A stretch of DNA of 64,000 nt from an uncultured Candidatus Binatia bacterium (GTDB lineage: Bacteria; Desulfobacterota; Binatia; UBA9968; CAXXLF01). A model generated the notes under the pieces. It saw nothing but the letters and a program-made list of their open reading frames with translations, was not told where the DNA came from and made no database searches. This document shows positions 38,722 through 49,170 of the stretch, piece by piece (position 1 is the first letter of the stretch; each line of letters opens with the position of its first letter). A program made the position numbers and the translations under genes. Location: assembly GCA_965218425.1 (NCBI GenBank), contig OZ244621.1, forward strand, positions 1,952,001 to 2,016,000. Direction: 5' to 3'.

Positions 38722-39351
38722 CTAGCCGTGGCTCTCCCCCCAGAGTTCCTTGAGACGCCGGTCGCGGCCGCAGGAATAACGGTAAATGGCGTACCGGATA
38801 GGATTTTTCTCGTAATAGTCTTGGTGATAATCCTCGGCGGGGTAAAACTCCGTTACGGCGGTAATCTCGGTCACAATGGGCTGGGAAAATCGACCGGACT
38901 CCTCAAGCGCGTTCTTGGACTCTTCGGCCAGCCGTTTCTGTTTCTCGTTGTGATAAAAAATCCCGGTACGGTACTGGCTTCCCGAGTCGCAAAACTGCCT
39001 GTTGGGTGTGAGGGGATCGACGTTGCGCCAGAAAACCTTTAGCAAATCCTGATAGCTAAGTTCTTTCGGATCGTAGATGATTTCCACCGCCTCCGTATGA
39101 CCCGTGCCTCCAGAGGAGACTTGTCGATAGGTGGGGTTTTTTAGCTGACCACCCGTGTATCCCGAGGTGGTGGATTTGACACCCTTCAGCTCGTCGAAGG
39201 GGTGCTCCATGCACCAAAAGCAACCGCCGGCAAAGGTCGCTTTGGCCAATCCCTCAGTACTGGACGTCTGTTTGGACTCGCTTTTCGCCGGTCCGGTCAT
39301 CCCGAAGATGAGCAGTGCATTTATGAGGATCAGTCCATATAAAGTAGGCAT
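38722..39351 (-). CDS. msrA: Peptide-methionine (S)-S-oxide reductase with signal peptide
   Basis: [49 protein letters not shown]. Confidence 0.95.
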   Translation of the reverse strand: MPTLYGLILINALLIFGMTGPAKSESKQTSSTEGLAKATFAGGCFWCMEHPFDELKGVKSTTSGYTGGQLKNPTYRQVSSGGTGHTEAVEIIYDPKELSYQDLLKVFWRNVDPLTPNRQFCDSGSQYRTGIFYHNEKQKRLAEESKNALEESGRFSQPIVTEITAVTEFYPAEDYHQDYYEKNPIRYAIYRYSCGRDRRLKELWGESHG

Positions 39352-39369
39352 TCTTATTCACCCTCCTAT

Positions 39370-40158
39370 CTATGGGGTACCACGGCGATGGCCGCCGTCC
39401 ATGTAAATGGAACTGCCAAACATGTAGGAATTTGCCTCGGAGCATAGGAAACAGGCTGCCCGACCTATTTCTTCGGGCTCTGCTATCCGGCCGGCGGGGA
39501 GTGTCCTTCCCAGCTCCCTCAACACCTCTTCCACATCCTTCCCTTCTTCGTCAGCGCGCCGTTGCATCAGGTTGCGCGCACGCTGGGTGTTCGCGAAGCC
39601 CGGACAAATAGCATTAACCAGGATCCCATTTTCTGAAACGGCGTCCGAGAAGGCACGAATCGCGTTCAGTACCGTAACGTTGGCGAAGCTAGTGGGCAGA
39701 TTCCCCCTCCCCGGACTGGCACCGGCCCGTCCGGCAATGTTGACAATGCGCCCCCAGCCGTTTTTCATCATATGGGGGATCACAAGCTGTGTCATGCGCA
39801 GATATCCGTAGGTCTTGAGGTTCAACGCGGCTTTGAGAAGTTCCACGTCCATATCGAGGACGTCGCCTGCCCCCGCGGCACCCGCGCTGTTGATCAGAAT
39901 ATCGAGCCCCCCAAAGGTTTCCACCGCGGTATCCACCACTTTTCGGCACTCGTCGAGGGAGACGAGATCAGCGGACACAAATATTCCTTCTCCCCCTGCA
40001 AGGTTCAGCTCATCCAAAACGGATCGGAGCAGCCGTTCATCCCTAGCGGTGATACAAACCCTCACGCCTTCACGCGCAAGTTCTATCGCGCACGCACGTC
40101 CGATACCACGATTTGCGCCGGTGACAACGGCTCGCTTTCCTTTCAATCCAAGATCCAT
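39370..40158 (-). CDS. SDR-family oxidoreductase
   Basis: TGANRGIG, LINSAG, GRIVNI, VNAICPG, GRIAEPEE, MDGG. Confidence 0.92.
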   Translation of the reverse strand: MDLGLKGKRAVVTGANRGIGRACAIELAREGVRVCITARDERLLRSVLDELNLAGGEGIFVSADLVSLDECRKVVDTAVETFGGLDILINSAGAAGAGDVLDMDVELLKAALNLKTYGYLRMTQLVIPHMMKNGWGRIVNIAGRAGASPGRGNLPTSFANVTVLNAIRAFSDAVSENGILVNAICPGFANTQRARNLMQRRADEEGKDVEEVLRELGRTLPAGRIAEPEEIGRAACFLCSEANSYMFGSSIYMDGGHRRGTP

Positions 40159-40209
40159 GGAATCTATTCAATCGGTTAAGATAAAGACGAATTCTTTGGC
40201 CCCCGCCGG

Positions 40210-41091
40210 TCACATAAGCACATCTCCAGAGGCCGCACACCGCAAGCCAAAGTAGGCATGACCTGACTCTGCACGCCATGGGGTGACAATTTCACGGGCA
40301 GTGGCCGTGAGTCCCTCCAAATCGCTGGATGTGTTTCCTCCGCGTGCGACACGGGATCCTCCAGAGTTCAACTCCTCCCGACCGTCCTTAGGATTGTAGG
40401 GATACGGCTCATGAACCGAGCGAGTCCACTCCCAAAGCTGGCCAGACATGTCAAGGACACCATAGGGGCTCGCACCGGCGGGAAACTGGCCCACGGGAAC
40501 TGTTTCCCCACGGAATCCACCCACGTAGGCAAGGTCTGGTCCGGGTGGCTCATTGCCCCAGGGAAAAAGGCGCCGGTCTTTTCCCCGTGCAGCCTTCTCC
40601 CATTCCGCCTCACTGGGGAGACGCTTCCCCAGCCGCTGACAGTAGGCAACGGCACCGTACCAGCTCAGCTCCGCGGCCGGATAGTTTTCGTATCCTTTAA
40701 TTGGAACCCAACCTTCACTTTGCTGAAAAATGAGAGCATCGGGGTCTTCCACATCCAGATACATTTCGCCTTGGGGGCCACTGGGGCCTTTTTCCTGAAT
40801 GAATTTAGCGTACTCCCCCACAGTCACCAGGTTCTTGTCGATATAGAAATTAGCCAAGAAAACCTCATGGGCAGGCGCCTCGTCGGGGGGACCATTGTCC
40901 CTGCCCATGGTAAACGGACCCGCCGGGATAAGGATCATGCCGACAAACTTGCCTTTCCCCTCTAACGATACGGCCTTGACCCCGGGAGCAAGGGCGAAAA
41001 TCCCGATCCACACGCCCACAACGAGCGCTTGTGCAAGACGTGCGTACGAAACTTCCCCCCGTGGCCGAGGGAGCTTGGCTTGGAAAAGCAT
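40210..41091 (-). CDS. Formylglycine-generating enzyme (SUMF1/FGE-sulfatase) domain protein, probably exported
   Basis: IPAGPFTMG, P.HEV, RLPSEAEWEKAARG, FPWG, SPYGVLDMSGQLWEW, GLRCA. Start uncertain; the ORF is open to 41259. Confidence 0.88.
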   Translation of the reverse strand: MLFQAKLPRPRGEVSYARLAQALVVGVWIGIFALAPGVKAVSLEGKGKFVGMILIPAGPFTMGRDNGPPDEAPAHEVFLANFYIDKNLVTVGEYAKFIQEKGPSGPQGEMYLDVEDPDALIFQQSEGWVPIKGYENYPAAELSWYGAVAYCQRLGKRLPSEAEWEKAARGKDRRLFPWGNEPPGPDLAYVGGFRGETVPVGQFPAGASPYGVLDMSGQLWEWTRSVHEPYPYNPKDGREELNSGGSRVARGGNTSSDLEGLTATAREIVTPWRAESGHAYFGLRCAASGDVLM

Positions 41092-41265
41092 AAACCTGTT
41101 TTGTCCTATCAGGGGGCAAAGGTCAAGATACCCTCCCCGTGAAATAACCTTCCATGCGAAGACATCAGGCCCGCCTATAATAGCTATTTCACGGGGTTCA
41201 AAGCCGCCTTTTACCGCGCCCCTGTCCCCGACTCTATTTTGTTCCAAATAAACGTCCAAAGAAGA

Positions 41266-41293
41266 TTGACAATGACGGTTTAGGTAATATAGT
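41266..41293 (+). promoter_or_regulatory. Sigma70-type promoter
   Basis: TTGACA-N16-TATAGT upstream of RBS AAGGAGGAG and ATG 41337. Confidence 0.5.
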
Positions 41294-41336
41294 TATCCCT
41301 ACCGATCGCTATGAGTTCATATTATAAGGAGGAGCT

Positions 41337-42470
41337 ATGAGCCAATGGCAATTTCCAGTTATCGATTGTGATGGGCATTTGGTGGAGTCTATCCCTGAGT
41401 TGACTGAGTTCATGGACTCAGACATGCGCCAGGCCGTCTTAAGCGCTGGTCGCCAGCGCGAAGGAGCCTTTCCATCCTTGGACGGTTTCCACGGACCGCG
41501 GATACGAGGGGCCGGCGCGGCCAACGGCGAAGAACGACCCTACGTCACAGCAAGCTCCCATCGCAAGGGCTCCGCCGAAGACTACATGGCCTTTTTAGAA
41601 AAGGCCGAAGTCGATGAGGCCATTATCTTTACCAGCGAGGGTCTTTCCGTTGGCTTTATTCAAAACTCGGATTATGCCGTTGGTATCTGCCGTGCGTACA
41701 ATGACTACGTTTATGATCGATACGCTCGCGTGAGCGACAAATTGCATCCCATGGCTCTCATTGCCATGCAGGATCCTAAACAGGCCAGGTTGGAACTCCG
41801 GCGCGCGGTTAAAGAGCTGGGGTTCCCCGGCGCGATGATCCCATCCACCGGACTCTCCCTTCATGTCGCCCACGAGTACTATCGGCCCATCTATGAAGAG
41901 GCTGCCGACCTGGACTGTGTCCTTGGCGTTCATGGCGGCTCCATTGCCGGCATTGGCATGGATACCTTCACCGCCCGCCGCGCCATATCTGGAACCCATC
42001 ACTCCATCGCCCTTCTGTTGGCGTTGACCACCCTCATCGGGCATGGGGTAATGGAACGCTATCCCTCCCTACGCGTGGGCTTCTTTGAAGGCGGATGTTC
42101 GTGGTTGGTGATGTTGCTGGACCGTATGGAACGGCACGAGAGAGTCACGGGCAGGATCGACGTAGGCACTTTGACCGAATGCCTGGAAAGCGGAAGAATC
42201 CTCGTTGGCTGTGAAGGCAACGACGGAAGCCTTCCCCATCTAGTGCAGCGTATCGGACCGGATGTTTTTTCATGGGCCTCCGATTATCCGCACGAGGTGG
42301 ACCTCGAGGCGGCAAAGGACATGATTCGTGACACCGTCGGCAGCAAGGTTTTTTCGGCCGCAGAGAAAGCGGCGGTGCTGGGAAGCAACGCGCAACGTTT
42401 TTTTAAATTGGCGCCCAGACAGAGCCAGAGTGTTCAGGCAAGTTCCATGGGCCAAACCGAACACGCCTAA
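41337..42470 (+). CDS. Amidohydrolase family protein (Amidohydro_2)
   Basis: IDCDGH, RAYND, LGVHG, FFEGGCSW, WASDYPHE. Confidence 0.9.
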   Translation: MSQWQFPVIDCDGHLVESIPELTEFMDSDMRQAVLSAGRQREGAFPSLDGFHGPRIRGAGAANGEERPYVTASSHRKGSAEDYMAFLEKAEVDEAIIFTSEGLSVGFIQNSDYAVGICRAYNDYVYDRYARVSDKLHPMALIAMQDPKQARLELRRAVKELGFPGAMIPSTGLSLHVAHEYYRPIYEEAADLDCVLGVHGGSIAGIGMDTFTARRAISGTHHSIALLLALTTLIGHGVMERYPSLRVGFFEGGCSWLVMLLDRMERHERVTGRIDVGTLTECLESGRILVGCEGNDGSLPHLVQRIGPDVFSWASDYPHEVDLEAAKDMIRDTVGSKVFSAAEKAAVLGSNAQRFFKLAPRQSQSVQASSMGQTEHA

Positions 42471-42754
42471 CTTTGGGATACGGTCGCCAGAGGTTTCAGC
42501 GTTGAGAGCCGACTGATTCACCCATCGGGAGGTGAATCCTTGTTGACCCGTCGCGCAAGAGAGCCTAGCAGCGACACGAAACGAACCTTTCCCAATATCA
42601 CCCAAAAGATGTCGAGCAAAAATGATCTTCCGTAAACCGGATGAAGCAGAGAAGTTTTGCGAGCTATGCACCCATTGTAAGTGCCATCGGAAGGCTCCGG
42701 ATAAGAATTTGATTCGCAACGTCTAATCCAGAAGGAACCGTCAGGAGGTGAGAA

Positions 42755-45001
42755 TTGGCCTATCAAACCCTGGGTAAACCCCTACCGAGAGTAGAAGGAT
42801 TAGAAAAGGTAACCGGCACAACCCAGTACGCCGCGGACCTTGCCGTACCCAATGCATTGTGGAGCAAGGTTCTTCGTAGCCCTTTTCCCCACGCCCGTTT
42901 GGTTCGGGTCGACACTTCCAAAGCCAAGGAACTGAGGGGTATTCATGCGGTCCTGTGCGGATCCGATTTGCCTCCCATTCTCACCGGGCTACGTATGAAA
43001 GATATGCCCATACTGGCCCAGGAGCGAGTTCGTTTTGTGGGGGAGCCGGTGGCGGCTGTGGCCGCCGAGAGCCCTGATATCGCCGAGGAGGCCCTTGGAC
43101 TCATCGACGTTCAGTATGAAGAGATAAATGCCGTATACGACCCCCTGGAGGCCATGAAACCGGGAGCTCCTGTGCTCCACGATGATCCGTCACGTTTTAA
43201 AAACGCCCCTCCAGTCACCGTTGACCTGCCAAACATTCAATCAATCAAGGTCTGGAAACATGGAGACCTGGAGGCCGCTTTTTCGGAAGCGACTTATATA
43301 TTCGAGCATACCTTCCGAACACCCCTCACCCATCATGGTTACCTCGAGCCCCATGCCTGCACCGTTTGGGTTGATCCCATGGGGAATGTGGAGATTTGGG
43401 CCTCCAACAAGGCCCCCTACAATTTGCGCGATAGGTTGGCCGCGGAGCTGTCCATTGAGAAAGAACGCATCAAAGTACACATTCTATCCGTGGGGGGAGA
43501 CTTCGGCGGAAAGACTTCCATCGTCGATGTTCCCATTTGTTACTTCCTATCCAAACGCGCAGGCAAACCAGTCAAGATGGTTCTCAGCTACGCGGAGGAG
43601 CTTGCGGCCGCGGCACACCGCCACCCATCGGTGATCACGTTGCGCACCGGAGTAAAACAGGACGGAACTCTCCTTGCCATGGAGGCAAAAGCCATCTTTG
43701 GCGGAGGCGCCTATGCCGCTTTGAAGGCCAACCCCGACGTAACGGTCATGGGTCCCAGGCGATTGGCGAGCTACTACCGTATCCCCGCCATTCATGTAGA
43801 AACCACCTGCGTCTATACAAACCAGGTCCCCTGCACCCAGTCCCGGACTCCGGGGAGCCCCCAGGTGGTCTTCGCCGTGGAATCCCAGATGGAAATCATA
43901 GCCCGTGAGTTGAGTCTGGACCCAATTCAGTTTCGGATGCAGAACCTATTACAGGACGGTGAAGCCTCACCCCTAGGACAGAAGTGGGAACATATTCGTG
44001 CCCGCGAGACCCTGGACAAGGCCATTAAGGCGTCCAGATGGCGCCGCCGCAAGCCCTCGAAATATCACGGTCGTGGGGTGGCCCTATACGAACGCGGGGC
44101 AAACGGCAGCAAGGCCAATGTGGCCATCACCATCGAGAACGACAGAAACATTACCGTATTAACCGGGGTGCCCGAGACGGGTCCGGGTATCTATACGGTG
44201 ATGCAGCAGATTGTCAGCGAAACCCTTGCCGTTAGTTCCCAGAAGGTCAGTGTCAAGTTTGAAAACACCCACAGCTTACCCTACGACCCAGGCACCGGCG
44301 GCAGCAAATCCACGGTTTCTACGGGCTATGCGGCTTACCAGGCGGCACAGGAGCTATTGGAAAAACTAAAAGTATTTGCCGGGCGAGAGCTTGGGTGCGA
44401 CTCTCAAGAGGTCCGTCATGTGGACGGGCGATTTATGGGTCAAGGACGAAAAAGCCTTTCCTTTGAGGAAGTAGCCACATGCGCTGTGAGCGAGAATCAC
44501 GGTCCCATCACCCATCTAACGTTTTTTGAGCCTTCCAAGGGGCCTTCGGTTACTTCCTTTGCCGCCCAGGTGGCCGAAGTGGAAGTGGAACCTGAAACGG
44601 GTCAAGTCACGGTGAAGAGCATTACTACCGCGCATGACTCCGGTGTTGTGTTGAACTCTCTCACCTACCAGGGTCAGGTGGACGGAGGTGTCATCACGGG
44701 GCTAGGATTTGCCACCATGGAAGAAACTCCATTGGCCGATGGGCATGTGTCCACCGCAAACCTCGGCGAATTCAAAATACCGACTACAATGGAGGTCCCC
44801 AGTTTGACCACCGTCTTGTTGGAAAGCGCCACTGGACCGACCCCCTTTCATGGCAAGGCCATCGCGGAAATCCCTAATGCGCCAACGGCCGCTGCCATAG
44901 CTAACGCCGTGGCCGATGCGGTGGGGATTCGGCTCTTCGAGTTACCGCTGACAGCGGAGAGAGTGTACAAGAGCTTGAAGCAGCTGCAGCCCCTGGGCTG
45001 A
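42755..45001 (+). CDS. Xanthine dehydrogenase-family molybdopterin-binding subunit (CoxL-like)
   Basis: KVTG...YAAD, LRSPFPHA, VRFVGEPVAAVAA, GGDFGGK, AQVAEVEVEPETG, GQVDGG, KAIAE; RBS AGGAGG before TTG. Confidence 0.93.
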   Translation: MAYQTLGKPLPRVEGLEKVTGTTQYAADLAVPNALWSKVLRSPFPHARLVRVDTSKAKELRGIHAVLCGSDLPPILTGLRMKDMPILAQERVRFVGEPVAAVAAESPDIAEEALGLIDVQYEEINAVYDPLEAMKPGAPVLHDDPSRFKNAPPVTVDLPNIQSIKVWKHGDLEAAFSEATYIFEHTFRTPLTHHGYLEPHACTVWVDPMGNVEIWASNKAPYNLRDRLAAELSIEKERIKVHILSVGGDFGGKTSIVDVPICYFLSKRAGKPVKMVLSYAEELAAAAHRHPSVITLRTGVKQDGTLLAMEAKAIFGGGAYAALKANPDVTVMGPRRLASYYRIPAIHVETTCVYTNQVPCTQSRTPGSPQVVFAVESQMEIIARELSLDPIQFRMQNLLQDGEASPLGQKWEHIRARETLDKAIKASRWRRRKPSKYHGRGVALYERGANGSKANVAITIENDRNITVLTGVPETGPGIYTVMQQIVSETLAVSSQKVSVKFENTHSLPYDPGTGGSKSTVSTGYAAYQAAQELLEKLKVFAGRELGCDSQEVRHVDGRFMGQGRKSLSFEEVATCAVSENHGPITHLTFFEPSKGPSVTSFAAQVAEVEVEPETGQVTVKSITTAHDSGVVLNSLTYQGQVDGGVITGLGFATMEETPLADGHVSTANLGEFKIPTTMEVPSLTTVLLESATGPTPFHGKAIAEIPNAPTAAAIANAVADAVGIRLFELPLTAERVYKSLKQLQPLG

Positions 45002-45340
45002 TAGAACCACCTTCAGCCGGTGGAAACGGCAAGCATCTCCAGTAAAAGTCTCTCTACGCAGCCCTAAAGCGTCGCGAACCCAAGGACTACCACCAATGGC
45101 AGTGAGCAGCTGGCGGCAAATCGCCGGTCAGTACTGAGTCGCGATTGCTGAGTACTGAGCGAAAACCGTAAAGAGACTACAGACTTCGGGTCGTCAATCC
45201 TTAGCTCCAGGTCAAAGGTCAGTAGTCGATAGTCGGTGGCCCCGATCCCCAAGGACGCTATGCGCCTTGTTCCTTGCTGCCTTAGAGAGGTCAGATTGCA
45301 ATGCCAGGCTCCTTCACTGTAAGCTGCCCATAGAACGCCA

Positions 45341-46060
45341 GTGATACAACCCGTAACCCCCAAGAAGGCATCCACGGTGATACTTATCCGACCGGACAAC
45401 CGTGGAAAGTTTGAGGTCTTCATGACCCTGCGTCCCGCCGAGATGAAATTCCTCGGTGGATTTTATGTTTTTCCCGGCGGAAGCATCAGAAAAAGGGACT
45501 ACTCAGAGGCCATGCTCAATCGATGCCAAGGTCTTTCTGGAAGCGAAGCTCAAAGGATTCTTGGCGACCAACTCAGCCAGGAACTCGCAATGGGGCACTG
45601 GGTGGCGGGGATCAGAGAACTCTTTGAAGAAGTGGGGATACTTCTCTGCGTCACAGAGTCCGGTGAACCCTTGGACATGACAAAAGACAACATAAAAGAT
45701 CGGTTGGCTCGTAAGCGCGAAGCCCTGGTCCGGGGATCCCTGGATTTTCCGACCCTGCTGGAATCGGAATGCCTGCGTTGCGATCTGGGTCGTGTGGTTT
45801 TTTTCTATCATCGGGTGACACCGGAAATGTATTCCATGCGGTTCGATGCCCGCTTCTATCTAGCCCGGTTACCGTCGGGCCAGTCTCCATTGTCTTGCTC
45901 CGAAGAGGTCGCAGATGGCCTTTGGATCACACCTGAACAAGTCCTGGAGGCGTCCGAAAGGGGTGACTTCCCGGTCATTCCCCCCACCACTACTTCCTTA
46001 AAGACCCTAACGGCATTCGATTCTTGGCAGAGTCTCTGCGCCAAGTACAAGCTAGGTTAA
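45341..46060 (+). CDS. NUDIX-family hydrolase (Nudt19-like)
   Basis: ASTVILIR, F.GG.YVFPGG, IRELFEEVG, VTP....RFDARFY, PPT. Confidence 0.85.
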   Translation: MIQPVTPKKASTVILIRPDNRGKFEVFMTLRPAEMKFLGGFYVFPGGSIRKRDYSEAMLNRCQGLSGSEAQRILGDQLSQELAMGHWVAGIRELFEEVGILLCVTESGEPLDMTKDNIKDRLARKREALVRGSLDFPTLLESECLRCDLGRVVFFYHRVTPEMYSMRFDARFYLARLPSGQSPLSCSEEVADGLWITPEQVLEASERGDFPVIPPTTTSLKTLTAFDSWQSLCAKYKLG

Positions 46061-46141
46061 GACTTATTCGCTACCGAATGCACCTACCGTTTATCTCTAC
46101 GCCGTGTAACCGAGATGCTGTTTAAGCTAGAGTGATCCCCC

Positions 46142-47020
46142 ATGAAGGATGATCCAGATATCCCCCTTCGGGTCACCGAGGATCTCGCGACCACTGAAGA
46201 GTGGACGCTTGTGCTGGTTGCCGAGGGGTTGTCACCGGCTGTGCGGCGCACGAGTTATGGGTTTGCCCTGGTGGTTCCGGCCAGCGAGACGGAGCGGGCA
46301 AACGCAGCCCTTGCCGCCTACGAGAGTGAAAACCCACCCGTGCCACAGGTAGAGGATAAGCTCCAGGGTGCTGGGTATCTGACAGCCGGCATTACCGTTG
46401 CAACTGCGCTTCTGGCATTTTTTCTTATCACCGGAGAGCCGGACCCAGGGAACTCATGGTTCAAGCGTGGCAGCTCGGATGCGGCCTACCTCTTGAGTGG
46501 TGAGTGGTGGCGGAGCGTCACTGCGCTCACCCTGCACGTGGATCTTGGACATGTGCTTTCCAACGCCATTGCCATGGTCCTGTTCCTGAGCGCAGTGTGT
46601 CGCTCGCTGGGTCCAGGACTCGGCATCGCCACTGTTTTGTTGGCCGGTGCAGCAGGCAACCTCGCCAACGCTTTCTTACAGGGTCCCGCCCATGTCTCGG
46701 TGGGGGCATCCACGGCGGTATTCGCCGCTGTTGGCGTTATTGTGAGCTTGGCCGTGGTGAGACGTCGCCGTATGCGATCCTTTGGGCGCCGTGCCTGGTT
46801 GCCCATTGCCGCCGGATTCGCCCTCCTGGCGATGTTGGGGACAGGACAGTACCGGGTGGACCTCTGGGCTCACTTCCTGGGCTTGCTCGCCGGGGGACTC
46901 CTGGGAGCGGCCGTCGCGCTTTATTGTTACCGCCCGCCACGCTCTACCGTTCAGTGGACCCTGGTGGGCGCCTCCCTTGCGCTGGTTATCGGCTGTTGGG
47001 CCTATGCGCTCCGGTATTGA
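46142..47020 (+). CDS. Rhomboid-family intramembrane serine protease
   Basis: GEWWR..TALTLH....H..SN, VGAST (catalytic Ser), AH..G...G; multiple TM segments. Confidence 0.9.
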   Translation: MKDDPDIPLRVTEDLATTEEWTLVLVAEGLSPAVRRTSYGFALVVPASETERANAALAAYESENPPVPQVEDKLQGAGYLTAGITVATALLAFFLITGEPDPGNSWFKRGSSDAAYLLSGEWWRSVTALTLHVDLGHVLSNAIAMVLFLSAVCRSLGPGLGIATVLLAGAAGNLANAFLQGPAHVSVGASTAVFAAVGVIVSLAVVRRRRMRSFGRRAWLPIAAGFALLAMLGTGQYRVDLWAHFLGLLAGGLLGAAVALYCYRPPRSTVQWTLVGASLALVIGCWAYALRY

Positions 47021-47089
47021 TCGAGAACTCGGTTAATTGTTATTGTTAATCGTTTCGCCACGGGCCACTGAATGGGTGTTTTGGGGATC

Positions 47090-48151
47090 ATGAAAAAGGG
47101 GAAAGCTGACACTCCTGACTTAGTTCCTGCGCCTGTCCCAGAGTCTGAATGGGCTGCTTGGTCTGATGAGAAGCTCCTGGACATGAGGATATGCGATTTG
47201 CAACTAGAGATCCTGGGAACCGATATCGAGGAGCAGATTGAGCATCTCTACCAAGAGTTAGAGGACCGGGGTCTTGGCTTTCGCCCATTTTTCTGGCTCT
47301 CCGACGACTGGTTTACTCCAGACGGTGTCTCCGGAATCGCTATCCCTTTTTACCTGGCCCATCCGCGCCTGGCGCGCCTTGAGCTCAACCAGATGTTCGA
47401 GGTTGAGGGTGGGACTTCCGAGTGGTGCATGCGAATCCTTCGCCATGAGACCGGGCATGCCATAGAAAATGCCTACCTGTTACGGCGACGGCGACAGCGA
47501 CAGAAATTGTTCGGCAAATCCTCAAAGGCCTACCCTGAACACTACACGCCCAAGCCCTACAGCAAGAGATTCGTGCTCCACCTCGACTCCTGGTACGCCC
47601 AGAGCCACCCAGACGAGGACTTTGCGGAAACTTTCGCGGTCTGGCTTGACCCCAAATCCATGTGGCAAGAGCGCTATGCGGGCTGGCCCGTACTCAAAAA
47701 ACTCCAGTACATAGACCAGCTCATGCATGAGATTGGAAAGCGTGACCCGCTGGCGGAGCCACAAAGGCGTATGGAACCTGTCTCCCGATTGACCAAGACA
47801 CTGCGAGCACACTACTTGGAAAAACGCCGACACTACGGCGTCGAACACCCCGATTTCTACGATCGGGATCTCAGAAGGCTGTTCTCCGACGCCAAGGAAT
47901 TCCGGGGTAATATGACAGCGGCGTCTTTTTTGGGTCGGATTCGCAAGGAGGTACGCCGCAAGGTGGCAAGATGGACGGGTGAATACCAATACACCATTGA
48001 CCAGGTTCTACAGGATATGATCGACAGGTCCCGGGAACTCAACCTTAGACTGGCAAATAGCGAGGATCAAACAAAGTTAGACTTTACTGTTCTCCTTACG
48101 GTTCAGACGATGAACTATCTCCATAGTGGTCGTCACCGGCTGGCGTTATGA
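47090..48151 (+). CDS. Putative zinc-binding metallopeptidase (HExxH)
   Basis: LRHETGHA, YAQSHPDEDFAETFAVWL; the stop overlaps the next start (ATGA). Confidence 0.85.
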   Translation: MKKGKADTPDLVPAPVPESEWAAWSDEKLLDMRICDLQLEILGTDIEEQIEHLYQELEDRGLGFRPFFWLSDDWFTPDGVSGIAIPFYLAHPRLARLELNQMFEVEGGTSEWCMRILRHETGHAIENAYLLRRRRQRQKLFGKSSKAYPEHYTPKPYSKRFVLHLDSWYAQSHPDEDFAETFAVWLDPKSMWQERYAGWPVLKKLQYIDQLMHEIGKRDPLAEPQRRMEPVSRLTKTLRAHYLEKRRHYGVEHPDFYDRDLRRLFSDAKEFRGNMTAASFLGRIRKEVRRKVARWTGEYQYTIDQVLQDMIDRSRELNLRLANSEDQTKLDFTVLLTVQTMNYLHSGRHRLAL

Positions 48152-49170
48152 AAAAACTCAGAATCTTAGCGTTGATGCACGAGGATCTTGTTCCTCCCGA
48201 GGACATCTCCGGTATCGAGATCGAATCGGCGGAGTGGAAGACGGAGTATAGCGTCGTGACGACGTTACGCAAGATAGGGCACGAGGTCCTTCCCCTTGGG
48301 GTGCGAAGTGATCTGGAGGTAATTCACAAGACCATCGATGAGTGGAAGCCTCACATCGCCTTTAATCTACTCGAAGAGTTCGACGGTGTGGCAGTCTATG
48401 ATCAAAACGTGATCGGCTACCTCGAACTGTTGGGGATGCCCTACACCGGATGTAATCCGCGGGGTCTGATGCTGGCTCGTGACAAAAGCCTGTCCAAAAA
48501 GATTCTCGCCTATCATCGGATTCTTCACCCCGACTTTGCATTTTTCCCCATGGGACGCGCCGTGAGAAGGCACAAGCGTCTGGGGTTTCCGTTGATCGTC
48601 AAATCCGTCTCCCAGGAAGCCTCCCTGGGGATTTCCCAAGCCTCTATTGTGGATGACGATGACAAACTCCGAGAGCGCGTGTCCTTCGTTCATAAGAACG
48701 TTGGAACCGATGCCATTGCCGAAAGGTATATCGAAGGGCGCGAGCTATACGTAGGAGTCCTGGGCAACATGAGACTGCAAGTATTTCCCGTCTGGGAGTT
48801 GTTTTTAGACGGCTTGCCCGACGAGGTACAGCGCATCGCCACTGCAAGGGTGAAATGGAACCCAAACTATCAGAAAAAATACGGTATCACATCCGGGCCG
48901 GCGGAAGGGTTACCCAATGGGGTGAAGGAAAGGATTCAATATCTAGCCAAACGGATATACCGCGCCCTAAATCTAAGCGGATACGCCCGCGTCGATCTCA
49001 GGCTTGACACTGAAGGGAGGGTCTATGTCTTGGAAGCCAACCCTAACCCTGAAGTGGCTGAGCAGGAAGATTTCGCCGAATCCGCCCGTGAGGCTGGGAC
49101 CCTCTACAATGACCTGCTGCAGAAGATTCTCAATCTCGGTTCCCATTGGCGACCCGACCGGTTGGGATAG
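48148..49170 (+). CDS. ATP-grasp ligase, D-Ala-D-Ala ligase-like
   Basis: FNLLE, PYTG, DKSLSK, FPLIVK...EASLGIS, ERYIEGRE, YARVDLR, LEANPNP. Confidence 0.88.
   Translation: MKKLRILALMHEDLVPPEDISGIEIESAEWKTEYSVVTTLRKIGHEVLPLGVRSDLEVIHKTIDEWKPHIAFNLLEEFDGVAVYDQNVIGYLELLGMPYTGCNPRGLMLARDKSLSKKILAYHRILHPDFAFFPMGRAVRRHKRLGFPLIVKSVSQEASLGISQASIVDDDDKLRERVSFVHKNVGTDAIAERYIEGRELYVGVLGNMRLQVFPVWELFLDGLPDEVQRIATARVKWNPNYQKKYGITSGPAEGLPNGVKERIQYLAKRIYRALNLSGYARVDLRLDTEGRVYVLEANPNPEVAEQEDFAESAREAGTLYNDLLQKILNLGSHWRPDRLG

Noticed and set aside
42532..42726. Small Cys-rich frame (CELCTHCKC) with an upstream in-frame TGT-TGA, a possible selenopeptide
   Set aside because: No properly spaced RBS for that frame, no convincing SECIS and no recognisable family.
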